From Octopus vulgaris (taxonomy: Eukaryota): a stretch of DNA of 64,000 nucleotides. The notes beneath the pieces are model-generated. The model saw only the letters and a list, made by a program, of their open reading frames with translations. It searched no databases and was not told where the DNA came from. The DNA lies in contig OX597815.1 in assembly GCA_951406725.2 (NCBI GenBank), forward strand, positions 36,890,001 through 36,954,000. Reading direction: 5' to 3'. Within the stretch, counting starts at the first letter, position 1, and each line of letters opens with the position of its first letter. Below, piece by piece: positions 13,505 to 28,189 of the stretch. The position numbers were made by a program, and so were the translations under genes.

Positions 13505-14609
13505 AAATATTTGATTCTAGTCATTAATTGAAAAAATCTAAAATGTCTTAAAATTTACTAAGAGATTACCAACAGAAGGATTTAATGAACTACTAAAGGT
13601 CTTGAAAAGTTATTGAAGCAGTATTGTCAGGGGGTAAAGTGGTTGATAAAGCTGTGTGACTTTTGCCACAATGTGCAGTCTACCTGGAATATTTGCATTG
13701 CTAAATAATGTGAAATAATAGCATAATGACATATACTTTACTATACAATCCTTTTTACTATGGCACAAATCCTGAAATTTTGAGGACGGGGTGTGGAGTC
13801 AATTACACTAACTCCAGAATTTTCTACAGTTGGATACCTTTCTTGATGCCACCCCTCACCTGTTTCCAAGCAAGGTAATAATCTCCCAGTCTATCAAACA
13901 ACCAACATCCTGAACATAATTACATAGAGAACTGGAAACAAACAATACTGTATGAATGTGCACTTTGTTTCATTTACAAAGGTTGCACATGTTAACAAGC
14001 CTGGACGTTTTGTGGTGCAAGCAAATGGCACCACAGTGAAGCCATTGTTTATAACCAGTGAACACACGTAAAAATGTTGAAAATATGAAATCACACATAC
14101 ACACACAAGTTTTCTTTAGTTTCCATTTATTAGACCTAGTTGTAAGGCTTCGGTAGGCCCAGGGCTATAGTATAAGACATTTGTTCAATGTACCACACAG
14201 TGGGACAGAACCCAGAACTAAGTGGTCAGGAAATGAATGTTAATCACCCAGCCTTGCCCACACTTGTAAAAAAAATATTTTGGATGAAATTTAATTTCAA
14301 ACCAGTTCTATAGTAGCCCTCCTAACTGTTCTAAAAATGGAAGAAATTTTGTTACAAGTTCTTTTCTTCTTAATTTGATAAAGCAACAACACAACCTCAG
14401 ACAGTTTTGCTTGTCCTGCACAATGTAGCTGTCAAATCTCAAACTATGGTTTCATAAATATCCTACCCACTCGTTTTTGGTCATGAATCATTATCCGACA
14501 CCTCTGCAATTAGAACTGACATCAAGCAATTACCAGAAAGGGGAAAAGAAAAGAGAGACGAAGAGGTATAGAGGTAGAAGGAAATGGATAGCAAGAGGGA
14601 AGATATACA

Positions 14610-14645
<36 letters not shown>

Positions 14646-16847
14646 GGGGAGTTAGGATATGGGAGGAGTTGAGTGGGGATACAGAGAAAGAGAGAGAGAG
14701 TGTGGGAATGAAGGTTTGTAAATGAGTGGATATTTATGGATTTCAGTGTTAGAGAATTTGCATATGATGCTGCTGTCTAAATTTTAAAACTAATTTTTAT
14801 TTAATGCTTAATACCTGAAACACAGAAAATGCCAGCTCTATCAGAATTTCTTAAATTGGCTATAATTACTATTTTAATTACTATGTGTAATTTTATCAGC
14901 AAAGTGCCTGCATTACACCAGCTCATGCGAATTTTGATTTATTCATCTTAAATCAAAAAAAAAAAAAAAAAAATACTACAAATGCAAACACTTGACTGCT
15001 CTCATAGGTCAGATGAGGCTGAGCTGGTTCTGATTTCAACTTAAAACCACTTTGTAATAATTGATTCCTTTGAGAAAGGCATGCATAGTGGAAAGTCAGA
15101 ATTTTCATGCAGGCCGCCTTAAAAACCTGTCAATTTTCTTTATAGCTAAGGAAAAACTGTGGCTACTTTTGACTCTTTTCCAAGACCAGTGAGAGAATTA
15201 TTTCAAAATAGCCTGAATGTCTGTAACAGAGTAGGCTCAGCTGAAAGCAGCCATGGACCAGTTGATAGTCTTAAGCAATATAGTTAGTCCATCATCTAAA
15301 TACAAGAATGGTTCCTGATAGTTTTTTTTTTTTTAAATCTATTCAAGAAGCTGTGGAAAGGGAACCGGAAACCATGTAGATGTGAAGAAAAATTCTTAAC
15401 CACACACCTATATTTGCACCCATATAAAATCAATTTTCAGATTTTGAGTGGCCCTAGCTAGCTGTTGTATGATATGAGAATACATTTCACAAAGTTTGGA
15501 GTGTGAAACGGCAGTTTGGAAAAAGTGTATTTTGCTTCCCAGTTTCTTGTATGAAGCCCTGGTGGTTGTCACAGTGCAATAAGCAAGGTGGGCTTGATGT
15601 GAGTTTGTTGCAAAAATAGTTTGTTACACAGGAGTCATTGGAAATGATTGAATTAGAACCTAGTGTGATTCTGGTCAACAGTGTGGCATTGTGATTAGCA
15701 TAATTGTATACTGTGTCGAGATTATAGCTTTTCAGTGTATCCAATTTTACATCAGTCAGCCACTGAGATGGAGAGAAGCAAGAACATCACAATACTTCCT
15801 CAAATTTATGGCTTTACATCTATCTTAGAAAGAAGCACTAGTAGTTAATATTTTGATACACAATGATTTACAATTTGTGGAAATGGCATTGATGGCCTTT
15901 GTAAGGGTTAGCAAATGTTAATTGAAATATCTTTAATCAGGAAATTGAATTAAGTTATGAACTGCTCGCTGGAAGTTGGTCTATGATACTGTCTAGTAAC
16001 AAGGGTCTATATCTAAGAGACTAGATTATAGTTGACACTGATACATATTTCAATTCCAGAAGAATAGCAGGTGAAGTTGACTGAAATTTTGTGATCAAAC
16101 TCTAGACACTAAATTATATCATCTAACTGTGCTATAATATTAAGCAGTTCAATCTTGAGTTGAAATAAATCATACACACTAATTATGCATTTCTTACTAA
16201 TTACATGTTACATCTTGGAAGTTGTGATAATTACATTTCTCACATTAAATATTGCAGACATTGTTATTTGTGTATTCAGCTTAATTACAATCAAGATAAT
16301 GGATAAACTCTCTTTGTAATCCTATCTTTAATAAGACTTGATAGATAGCCCACACATCTCAAAACAAGCATTCTCTTACACCAGATAAATACAGAAAGCT
16401 GCTTCTTATATTTTCTTGGGAAAATACTGACCTACTGAAAATGTAGGGCTGGGAATAGGTCCTTAATGTTGGAAATTAGCAAATTGTTGGATCACAGTAG
16501 GGATCACGGTATACAAAGCACAAGAGAAAAGTTAAAAAAGGAAGAAGAAATGCAATAGCATTGCATAACCTTTATTTCTTCCCCTGCAACAATGATACAT
16601 ACATGGCTTTACTCGCTGCCAAAAGGAGAGAGAGAGGCATGCAGCTTTGCTCTCACTCCTCATTGCACACACACACCCTTCACTGCTGCCTCCACCAGAG
16701 AGAGAGACATCCAGCTTCTCTATTTACCACCACAGCAGAAGATAGTAACATTTATTCACCAAACTCACTCAGAGTAAGGGCATCACAACTGATAATGAAT
16801 TTCACATTAACAAAAATAGATGTCAGATTGAAATATGTATATCTTAC

Positions 16848-16928
16848 CTTTTGTCAAAGTGTTCAATGAACTTGAACAATGGCAAAACATGTCCTTTTGC
16901 TTCTTTTAGTATGGCTATTGCTTCTGAT
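16848..16928 (-). CDS. MARF1: MARF1 small coding exon (first LOTUS domain, first half); absent from the ORF track
   Basis: 81 nt, aagcag acceptor, gtaag donor. SEAIAILKEAKGHVLPLFKFIEHFDKR contains the MARF1 LPLFKF motif. Phase 2 at both ends fits the flanking exons. Confidence 0.9.
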
Positions 16929-17249
16929 CTGCTTGGAACAAATTTATGTCTTCATGAAGTATTATTTATTACTGATGTACACAATTACATTGACTTCCCA
17001 ATCACGGCAAGTTATTTTTCTCAAAAGTTCATTGTCATACACTGGATTATTTATTTTAATGAATATCAAAAAATATTCTTCAGTCTTGCAAAAAATACCT
17101 TTGTTAAAGACATTTTTTGTAGTGGGGGGGGGGGAGGGGAGGAAGGAGCCATGTACAAGTTGGTGCTCGAGTGCCTTAAGTAGAGTTTGCTATATTGCAA
17201 GCTTTTGGTCCAGGAGTTGTCATGACCTTGCTTTCAATGCACCACCTCC

Positions 17250-18620
17250 TTACTCAAAATACAAAAATCCAGAAGTAAAACCTCCAGACAATTTTCCCTC
17301 CAGTATCTAAACTCATTCCAACCTAGATCCTACTCACACAGACCATATAACCTAGTCCTCTTTGAGACAACTATAAATGCAAGCAATATTTATACAAGTT
17401 ATCAGGATTCAATTCTCCCTCCTTCACTCCCCCAAATACAGCTGCACCTTTTATTACTCTTCTAATTCTTCAAACCACCAAAATCGTTGACCCTATCTGA
17501 AGACATCTTTCTTCATCTCCCTCTAAAGTTGTTCTCAGTGGCTTTAACATTCACAACTCCTTGTGATTCTCTCATTTATTCCACATTGATGCCATCTGTG
17601 CAGAATCTGAACCTCTTGCAGTCATCAACTTCTCAATTGTCTTACCTACTACATGTATCCCAGATTGATACCCAGACAGTCAAAACACCAGTGATCTTTT
17701 CCTCTTTTCTGAATCTAATTTATAGCCTGACATAATCCTAACAATGTCTTTCCTAGTAAACCTCAAGCATTGTGCTCCAGAACTTTCCCCTCTATTCACC
17801 AAGCTCTTTAATCTCACTCTCTACAAGGATCTATCCTTTTCCTTAGATATATGCTACAGTGTGTCCCACTTTCAAAAACAGCACCCTCACTGCTGTCTAT
17901 TGGAATTTTACATTCACTTCTAAAATCTTAGGCAATGTAGAGTCATTAATGCCTCTCCAACGACTTTAATCTTCCTCTTAATGACAGTAAAGCCAGATTC
18001 ACTAGTGGCTTAATCACTCATCAGTTGGCTCTTACCTTGAACAAATTTGGTGAAAGCAATGTGGTTACCCTCCATGTCAGCAAAGCTTATGACTGTGCTG
18101 GACATATGAATAAAACTGATCACCTATGGGCTCCACATGTCTCATCTCTTGGATTGAAAGCTTCCTATCAAATTGCAGTGTTGCACGTTTTGATGGAGCT
18201 CATTCTGTTCATCATTCCGTTTATAAAGACATATCATAGGGTTCAGTTTCATCTCCATCTTCCTTCTATTCATCAATGACTAACTTGCTGTCACATCCAA
18301 CAACACATACCCTTATGTAGATGACACTATCTTTTATTCCTCCCAACATTCTCTAACTACACATCATCCATTACAATCTCAAAACTATATGTTAAACCTA
18401 CACCAGCTCCATGAACAGAGACCTCAAAAGCATCCTCTAATAAAGATATACCAAATGTTACTCATAAAAACATCATTGCATCGCACTACATTTAACTTGA
18501 GCTTTCACAATTACTCCAATTCTTGGATATCACTTTTGAGGAATACTCCCTAGAAAAGTACACTAACCACAAGGCCATATCCCAATGACTGGCTCTTCTA
18601 CTCTACCTGACCTCATCTCC
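17250..18620 (+). mobile_element. Decayed Jockey/CR1-like LINE RT region
   Basis: C/A-rich strand. Remnants LKHCAPEL, VSKAYD and YVDDT (about 18314); many frameshifts. Confidence 0.55.
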
Positions 18621-20777
18621 AGTCATTGCAACAATTGTCCTGCCACTTGATCAACATGGGAACTAGAAAAGTGAGGGTGAAAGTGCATAACTCATTACTT
18701 CAATCAAACCTGTTGCACAAGTCATTAGTCATTGTTCACCCACCGTTCAAGTATGATTGCAAGCACACAACTGACATCTGCAACTAAAGGCTGGATAGTC
18801 TTGTAGCACATCTGTGACAATGAAATACCTTCACTTCCATGGTTTCAAGCACATGGAAGTAGCAGCATAGGTGGGAGCAATTGCATTTCTCTGGTCCTCC
18901 TCTCATGACTACATCCCTTTTGGAAGAGCTGCATAGTCACAGACTGATTACTGATGGCTGAAACTTCTTGAACAAACAGTGGCCTTTCATTGCTATGGTC
19001 AAAGTATCACACATCCCAAACATCGCCCTATCTTAGGATGATTAAATGGCCCTTGTCGGAAGACAGACCAGCAGCAGCAAGGCAAGTGGTATTGTGTCAG
19101 TGGTCAATGAATTGGTAATACTCAGAAAAGGGAAGATAATTATATCAAATGTGCTTTAAGTTGGAAAGTAATGAAGGCAGCAAGGGAGATTCTGCCCCCC
19201 ACTGTTTGCCCAATCAGAAAGTCACTCTTAATGAAATGAGAATGTAGTCCTAGATGAGCTATGATACTCTTGGAGGGTCAGTGAACACTTTGGACATGGC
19301 TTTTTCAAGACCAAATCATTGACAAAATGGTTTGGGAAAATATGGGACAGTCACAGCTGGAACAGCTCTGATTTACAAGTCTTTTTGATTAAAGCTGATA
19401 TGTGATTAAACAATAGCAAAAAAGAGTTATAACAACAAACTATAAAAGTATTGACTTCAACATTTTTATAATTTGAACAAAATCTTGTATGGAATGTTTA
19501 CCAGAATGAATAAAATTTGCTTTCTTTTCAACATCACAAACATTTACCTTGTGCTTTACATGTAAATTTAAATGTTTAACAATTTGTAGAATTGAATTTC
19601 TTACATGGAGTAAGCTCTCAGGTTTATAAAGAAAATGAATTGATATTAGAATTGAAAAAAAAAAAAAAAAAATCAAAAGATTAGCATTCAACTAGAAAAC
19701 ATTTGCAGCTGTTTACATTGCCATCAATTTACTTTTGTGACTAAATATAACTATTTAAAAGGACATAATTGAATTAATGGAATAAAATAAGTTACAATAC
19801 TAAGAAGCAAATGGTTTCTAAAGAAAAATTTAAAGTTAATTACCAAAATAATTTAAACCATTTTACTTACATATCATTCAACAATAGAAGGACCAAGTGT
19901 GTCAATTGATGCATTTGGAAATCTTAATTGCACACAATTCAAAAACTAAATTCATAAAATTCAATAGAATAATACATTTAATAAAGGTTTTCTTTTTTTT
20001 TTTTCTTTCAAACTGGAAAACATCTTTGCTTCAATTGACACATTCTGGTCCTTAGAGATAGGTGAAAAGTCTGGTCCTTTTAGTGTTAACACCCCTTCTC
20101 CATGATAAATATAAAGTAGACTATTTTTTGATAAGGCAAGATAATTTTCTACTTTACCACATATAACCAACAGAATAAAGTCTGTATTATATATTTTAAC
20201 TTCAGAGAAGTTAACAGGAAAAAAAAAAAAAGACATGGCAGAGCTTCGATACAGAACCAAGGAATCCAAATGGCTGCAATAAAGCATCTAACTTGATGTG
20301 TTTCTATCCTTCCTTACTATCTATTCATCATTTTAACCTAATTTCCATGCTTGTATGTGTAAGAATTCCTTGAGGCAGATATTCTATGGTCAGATACCCT
20401 CCCTGTCACCAAACATCTGTTTCCAAGCAAGGTGATTTTTTTCTCCCCATTGTCACCAGACGTTTTTCATAGAAGACTGGAAACAAATGACATTGCTTGT
20501 ATGACAGAATACTCATTTTACAACTATCATGCAATGTCAAAACAAAGCACAAACATGCGTTTCTTTCAGTTTTCATCTACCAAATCCACTCATTGATTTG
20601 GTTGGTTCAGGGTTACTGTAGAAGATGCTGCCCAAAGTGCCACACCATGGACTGAACCTGAATCCATGAGACTGCAAAGTAAACTTCTTAACCAGCCATG
20701 CCAGAACCAAAGTGATGCCTGCACTATCATATCTAATTTCAGTTTCATCTTAATATCCATTTTTGCAAGATTCTTTT

Positions 20778-21150
20778 ATTCTTTAACTTGTTTCAGTTAT
20801 TTAACTGCAGCCATGTTGGAGCACCATTTTAAAGGGTTTTAGTTGAAGAAATGGATTCCCTGCCAGGACATTCTTTATAAGCTTAGTACTTATTCTATTG
20901 GTCTCTTTTGCCGAACTGCTAAGGGGACAAACATAACAGCATTGGTTGTCAGTTGGTGGAGGGATAATCACACACACAAATACATATATATATGACAGGC
21001 TTCTTTCAGTTTCCATTTATTAAATCCACTAATAAGGCTTTGGTCAGCCTGAGACTATAGTAGACACTTGCCCAAGGTGCCATGTAGTGGGACTGAACCT
21101 GGAACCATGTGGTCACGAAGCTTCTTACTACACAGCCATGCCTGCACCTA
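20778..21150 (-). mobile_element. SINE family A copy
   Basis: Reverse-complement similarity to 644-1036. Confidence 0.8.
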
Positions 21151-21940
21151 GTATTGGTATAAGAAAATCTTACAAGTCTTGCACATCTAAAAATTACTGC
21201 AATTAGCTTGTTGATTCAAGTTCATACGAGAAGTAGCAAAGTGATGATGTGCTTTTTTTTTTCACCGTTTCATAACTTACATAACAGGTAAAAATTATTT
21301 AGTATTTTATTGGTAGAAAGCTGCTCTTATATGTTAAATTAGACAAATACTGTAGAGTAAATTTGTCAAACTAAGTTTATTGTTCAGATTTTATTTGTGG
21401 TTGGAGTTGTATCAATTTCACCATCATCATCGTTTAACGTCCGTTTTCCATGCTAGCATGGGTTAGACGGTTTGACCGGGGTCTGGGAATCCAGGAGGCT
21501 GCACCAGGCTCTAGTCTCATCTGGCAGTATTTCTAACACCAACCACTCTGTGAGTGTAGTGGGTGCTTTTTACGTACCACCATCATTGTTAATATTATAA
21601 ACTAGCCAGTAACAGGGCCACTGTCTAGTCACTTGACCTACAAGAAATAGGCAAATCTTCCTTATATTACACCTCTGAACTTGAAGACAATGTATTCCCA
21701 GATATGAAATTCTTAAGATGAGAAAGTCATGGCTGGAATGCTTTCGATCATAGGTCTGTTTCTTTAGGACTGACCTGAGGTCAAACAAAATTATGCGTTA
21801 CATAATTTCTTAATCCCTCTATAAGAAGCCACTTGTCTAAAAATAAAAACAAAACATTTGAGGTTAATTTAATAAGGAAGTTTATAAATTAGTTTAAATC
21901 TGTAGAACTCTTTCTGACAATGAAAAAGAAAAAAACGTAC

Positions 21941-22116
21941 CTTATGCTAGACTGATTTAGATTTCCTTCAGACTTTAAACACACATGTACTCTTTTATAA
22001 CCAATTTTCTTTCCATGAAATTGAGATATGGCAAATCTGGCATCATCAGTTGTTGGTACCCGCACAATGGCCAAGTTTGAATTATCAGATTGTGCTTTGA
22101 CTGTTACATCAATAAC
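21941..22116 (-). CDS. MARF1: MARF1 coding exon (C-terminal part of the RRM)
   Basis: VIDVTVKAQSDNSNLAIVRVPTTDDARFAISQFHGKKIGYKRVHVCLK resembles the MARF1 RRM that precedes the LOTUS array (H..KIG.K.I.V.L). tttatcag acceptor, gtacg donor, 176 nt. Confidence 0.92.
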
Positions 22117-22602
22117 CTGATAAACAAAACTATACAATGAAACTAAAGCAGAGATAAAAGATTAGATAAGGTTATACTTTTGGGTGGGTCATTTTGACAA
22201 CACACTGGTTGTTGGTCACTTCAGTATTATGTCAAAATTTTGTTACAATGTGGTCTTTCAATAATTTGTTTTTAGTGGCTGAATAACCTTCTGAAAATAC
22301 CACGTTGGTAATAAAAAATAAAAACTTGCAGAAAATAAAATTAACATTGATTTTACTGGAAGCTATGATTTGGAGCCTAAGCTTTTTGCTCACCAAATTG
22401 TATACATCATACAATTATTTCAAGAGAGCTTTAGACAGAACTAAAGTGAAGGAACTGTAGATGACTACATGGTAGTTACATTATTTTTCTTCTGCTTCAT
22501 AAAGTTACAGTCAGTATATCTAATGTAATATTTATCCATGAGAAACCCAATAAGCAAACTGAATCCCAGTGTTAGACCACCAGGATGGTCATCTAGCTTT
22601 AA

Positions 22603-22820
22603 CCCTTTCGTTACTAAATTTATTTTGAGGGGTTCTGTGTTTCTTTCAATTACATTAAATATAAAGAATTTCGTGAAATAACCTAGTTATCATTCAGCTA
22701 ATGTTAGGAACATAAATTGTGACTAAGGTTTGGTGGAAGATTTTATTTCAAAGCTTATGAAAACAAGGCATTTGTACTACAGAGCCAGAGCCGGTTTCAG
22801 CCGGGTTGGTAACGAAAGGG
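22603..22820. mobile_element. piggyBac-like MITE
   Basis: TIRs CCCTTTCGTTAC...GTAACGAAAGGG flanked by TTAA on both sides. Second copy at 34037-34247. Confidence 0.85.
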
Positions 22821-24705
22821 TTAAAAAAAACTGCCTCAAAAACTCCGGTGCAACCTATGCCAGCATAGAAAAGGGAACATGGTATGGATTTTATTTTATT
22901 TTTGCAACTGGTTAAGAAACAGGAGTTGGCAATTATTTGGTCAAACCATGCTAAGACAAATATTCTATCAATTAGATTTTTGATTACTGAGCCTACTTAA
23001 GTGAATTAAGTAGCAATTTTATACAGCAATAATACAGAAATAGTTGTCAGGTCGGGACCAATTCTATTACAGGTTGATGGAAACTTGCTACCAATAGCAA
23101 TACTAACTGTTAATAGTTAAGTGGATGGCGAATAAACAGTTCCCAAAAGAATTTTCACAAAGAGTGTGACCATTCAGGAGGATTAAAAAACCAAACTTAT
23201 CAAAAGCAGATGAGCTTGATTATGGCACCACACCTTGGGGAAGAAATGGATTACCAAACCCATGAAGCAAGTGAATGAAAGTTACATCAATATTTAATTC
23301 TATACTGAATATTTTTTAAGATATGTCACTTTTACAATTCTTGTAGAAAATTTTATAACAACTGCATTACTTCCCACTCATCTCAATTGAAAGTCAAAGA
23401 CAAAGGAATAGAATTGTTAAAAACAAAATTGAAGTGCCCCAATGGCAAAAATGCTATGAGAATGACTTCACAGAAATAATGTACTGAATATTGACAAGAA
23501 AATGAAAAGCAGTATTTTAAAAATATTTTACCTTATGAATTTTATATTATTTGCATTATGTAGCCATTACAACAGTTTCATGAAATCATAGAAAATCATA
23601 GAAATCATAGAAAAAAATGGATGTAAAAGTCTTTCATCATAGATCTATGATTTAGCCATTGACAGTAAATATCAATACATTAACTATGTCACATCTACAA
23701 CATAGCAAACCTATATCTCAAAGACTAGCCTTCATCTTCAAGGATAAAATTCTCTATCTTTCCAACAGTTACTAACATACATTGCAGTACTTCTCCCAAT
23801 CAGAGACAGTGCTGTTGCTAATACATACATAAACCACATACAAAATGCCATCTAATTAATTGGCATAGAATTTTCAACTTTTGGTTCACAAGTGTGAAAT
23901 CTCCTCACCGTCTTCACTGCTATTATAGTGGCTTCTATTCTTTGAGCTGGCCAGTTCTTATTTACCCATATCTAGGATTACCTGACTCTTGCATACTCCT
24001 GTTCCCCTCCAAGCACTATACCCAATTGTTCCTATCTAGAATACCAACACTCTGGAATTTATTCCTTGCCCATGTTTTTCAAGGACCACATCAGTCACCA
24101 GTTTCTCCAGACATTGTCTAACAAAACTTAATGGCTAAAATGATTACAACAATGTAATTATTTTAGTCTCAGGACTAAAATCTCAAATCAAATCACTAAA
24201 TATCTGAAAAAGATATTTTATAAATAGCACAGTAAATGTGAAATAAATACATTTAACTTTATCACTCTAGCTTACACTTATCTTGATGTATATGCATATA
24301 GGGACTCCTCAGATCAGTTTGTGCACCATATACTTGACCCATATTGCCTTCCACTGGCATTGTAGTATCAATGGCCATCATTCACTCATTTATCCATCTT
24401 TTTCTATCCACCACACTCCCATTCTGTCTAATGCTGGTGCTGCAATAAAATGCATACAGTGCACTGTAAAGTGGTTAGCATCAGAAAGAACATCCAGCTG
24501 CAGAAACCAAACCAAAAATGAAATTTACATTGAGTCATTGTTCTCCAATCCGTTTGAGAGCAATGACCTGTCCAACACAATGGTATGAAGAATGTAAAAT
24601 GATGGGAATGATGATAGTGTATGGGAGTATGTAGGACACCCTAAATATGCATCCTAATACTTCTATGTTTGTCTTATTACTATAAGACAAACAACTACAT
24701 CAGCA

Positions 24706-24741
<36 letters not shown>

Positions 24742-26235
24742 TCGTTTTTATATTTGACTCTCCCCAGACACAATAATACATATATATATTACATGGAAAA
24801 ATGCAAGCATGAAAAGTAATATTAAGATTATAAACCTGCAAAAGTATAGGACAAGCAATTACTTCTAGTAAAGTAAAGAAACTTTTTCCTTAAAATATTG
24901 CAAAGAATGCTAGTTCTAATTTATCACTTTTTACAGTTCTCATCTTTTAAATTTATTGTACAAAACTGTTCAGCTAATTTGTAAGTTTGTCTAATTAGTC
25001 ATGTTTTTCTGTATTTAAGGTAATAAATTAGCCAAATTTTACTTAAGTATAGTGTTATTTGTAAACTATAATAAAGTAAGTTTTAATATTCAAATTTTAA
25101 TTTTAGCAGCAATATTTTAAGTAAAATGTTTCTTATTCTTTACTTTACTAGAAATAATAGCTTGTGCTAAGTGTAATATCTTGTCCTGTACTTTTCCAGG
25201 TTTATAATCTTAAGAATATTTTTTCATGCTCCCATTTTTCCATGTAATCCATGATTTTTCCAGGCATTGCTGTTATAAGATAATGATGTGCCAATAATTT
25301 AAGATTTTACCTTATATTTTCTTCCATGTAAGTGATAATATTTCAATTTTTTTTAATGTTTAATTCAAATATATGTTGTGATTGAATTATTTGATATTAC
25401 CCATCCACACCAAATTAATGGCAGGGATTTTTACCATGCTGTTGGTTGCACCATGGCTCAAAAAAAGTTACAAACAAGACCCCAAAACCATTAGTTACTA
25501 GGCTCACCTTAACTAAGTTTTGCAATATTAGGTCATAGGAATTCATTCAACGAAAAAAAAATTCCAATGATTTTGGGATTGGGGGAAGGGACCCCCCACC
25601 TCTTTTTTCTGAAGCAAAATAAGGGATTTGCAGCATATTAGGTCAGGGTACTTGATTCGATGTAAAAAAAAAAAAAAAAAAAAAAAAAATCAAAATTGAT
25701 TTTTTCTTAGTGAAAATCGTGCGGGTGTTAATATAGAAATTTACCATAATGCTATTTAGCCTCAAATCAACCCTGATACTGCAAACCTATCAAAGACATT
25801 CCAGCATTCAGCAAACCGTCTTTTTAGGCATTATGTAGGACATTACATACAATAGGTGTGTGATTTAGGTAGGGGGGATACTCTGGCTGCTATTTTTAGC
25901 GTGTTGGCTGACCAGGTAGAAGCTCATCAGTTCAATTGCGTGATGAGATTTTTTTTACACATGTGTAAAAATGTATGTATGTATGTATGTGTGTGTATAT
26001 ATATCATTGGCAGAAGTTAGAGTGTAAGTAAAAAGCTGAGAGTTTCATGTATTGGCACTTATCAAACATAAATTTGTCCATTGTCACTGTAACTTCTGAT
26101 GAAATAACTTCTAAAATACAAAATTTTGTCAAAAATGTTAAGAGTAAGCCCTGTTCTATGTGACACATTCTACCAATATCAGAAGTTTGAGAGTGTCTAG
26201 TTAAAAAAAAAAATCAACTAAATAATCTATATGTC

Positions 26236-26508
26236 AAAGTCGACCTCCACAAAATTTGAACTCAAAATGTCAAGACATACGAAATACCTATTTCTTTACT
26301 ACCCACAAGGGGCTAAACACAGACAGGACAAACGGATTAAGTTGATTACATCGACCCCAGTGCGTAACTGGTACTTAATTTATCGACCCTGAAAGAATGA
26401 AAGGCAAAGTCGACCTTGGCGGAATTTGAACTCAGAACGTAATGGCAGGCGAAATACCGCTACGCATTTTGTCCGGTGCGCTAACATTTCTGCCAGCTTG
26501 CTACCTTA
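26236..26508 (-). mobile_element. SINE family C copy joined to an older related SINE body
   Basis: Same body and tail as 5606-6023. On the minus strand the tail is followed by GGTATTTCG and a diverged second body. Confidence 0.8.
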
Positions 26509-27054
26509 GAATGTAAATATTCATTTTAGAAATATATTCTTTATTCTTATTGCTTAAGCATTACTCCCTTACTGACATTAAATTTCATAACATTTTATGT
26601 AATAACCGTTTTTCTATTTTTTGTTCAATGTGACAAACAATTCTGAATTTTTCATGCATTTTCCTATCATTTAAGCCTAAGAAAAGTATACTTTTAATTT
26701 AAAATTAAAAAATTTATGTTAATTGAAGATGAATATCTTCCTTACTGCCCCCCCCCCTTGAGGTCACAGATATTTTGATCTAACTTTTTTTCTACTGAAC
26801 CAAATCAAACTATTTTTTGCCGAAGTGTAACTGAAGAAGTGTCCTCTTTAAAACTATTAACAGTTTGCAATTTAGTAGAGAAATGAATTAGTGGTGAAGC
26901 TTGGAAGCTGCTGTGATTGACGAAATGGTGAACTTAAAAATATATTCAATCACTACTGTGATTGAATGATACATATACATATGAACATAACCATCCATCC
27001 ATCTCATCTATGTTGCTATAAAGAACTAAGAATAATAATTTATGAAAATCTTAC

Positions 27055-27593
27055 CATAACTGCAGCTCGAAAAGTTGAAGAGAGAATTTCTTTCCACTCT
27101 CTTGGACTAATGTTATAGTCAAGGTTACTAACAAGTACTTCCACAGAATCTAATGCAGTACATTTTTCAGAGTCTGACATTAAGACTGGATTGGTGTTTG
27201 TTATTTGGGAATTTGCTGTTTTTGCTGTCACAGGATGAAATGAATTTTTAAGTGGGTTTTGATGGGCATACAAGCTATGGGTGGCAGAATATTTTTCAGA
27301 TTGATTCTTAAAATTGTTTGGAGGATCAAATGTATTGGATTTTGGAATTTCTAGTAATCCAGGTTGTAAACTAGGACTGACTTCTTCAATTAGCTCTTTT
27401 TGAATGCTATTTTGTTTTAAAATATTGGAAAAATTATCTTTGTCTATATTGGTTCTATAGGAAGACTTGACTCTTTCTTTAACAGCATTGATGTGATTTT
27501 TGTGTGAAGATTCTGGCAAACTGCTGTCTGGGTTATGGTAAAATGTTCCATCATCAAAATTACTATTTGAATTCGATCCTGATATGTTAGAGT
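27055..27593 (-). CDS. MARF1: MARF1 coding exon (S/N-rich low-complexity region and RRM N-terminus)
   Basis: 539-nt open exon with a poly-T acag acceptor and gtaag donor. Ends VEVLVSNLDYNISPREWKEILSSTFRAAVM (RRM beta1-alpha1). Confidence 0.9.
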
Positions 27594-28189
27594 CTGTAAA
27601 AAAAAAAAAATGAAGATAAAATTGTAATTCTTTATGAAAATTTGATGCTATAAATGAAACAGTATCACTTTGAATAAATTTAGATTGAGGTATAATTTAA
27701 AAAGATAACCATTGAAATTGACTAGACGTAATCTTGTAACTTTATTGATAAGAAAATCAGGATAAAATTAGCAAAATTTCTAGTAAATAATTGATTTCAA
27801 TTAATTCGGAATTGAATTCTATTTTCAGAAATTAATTGAAGAATGATCTACTTTATTTTAAATTAATATATGAAGAACATTAAACAAAACCTTATAACGT
27901 GAAATATATTTAAAACAATACACAGATATTTACTTTAATTTTAGTAATGGTAAAAAGAAAAGAAAAATAGCCAACTTCGGTATGTAACAAAATTTTTAAA
28001 AAATTTCATTCCTGATAAAAAAAAACAACAACCTTGGTTAAAAGTATTTTGAAAAAACAAAATTCAAAAGACTTATATTAAAGATATAATTAAAATTATC
28101 TTCAACATAGAACATAAAAACAATGCAGGTTATTATTTTCTTAAAACAAATTTATTTCCTTAGCAATAATGTATTGTAAAAATACTTGC

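Noticed and set aside
16600-16790. GC-richer intronic segment near a MARF1 exon as an H/ACA snoRNA or extra exon
   Set aside because: Has an H-box-like motif but no properly placed ACA box, and the flanking exons already join in frame without it.
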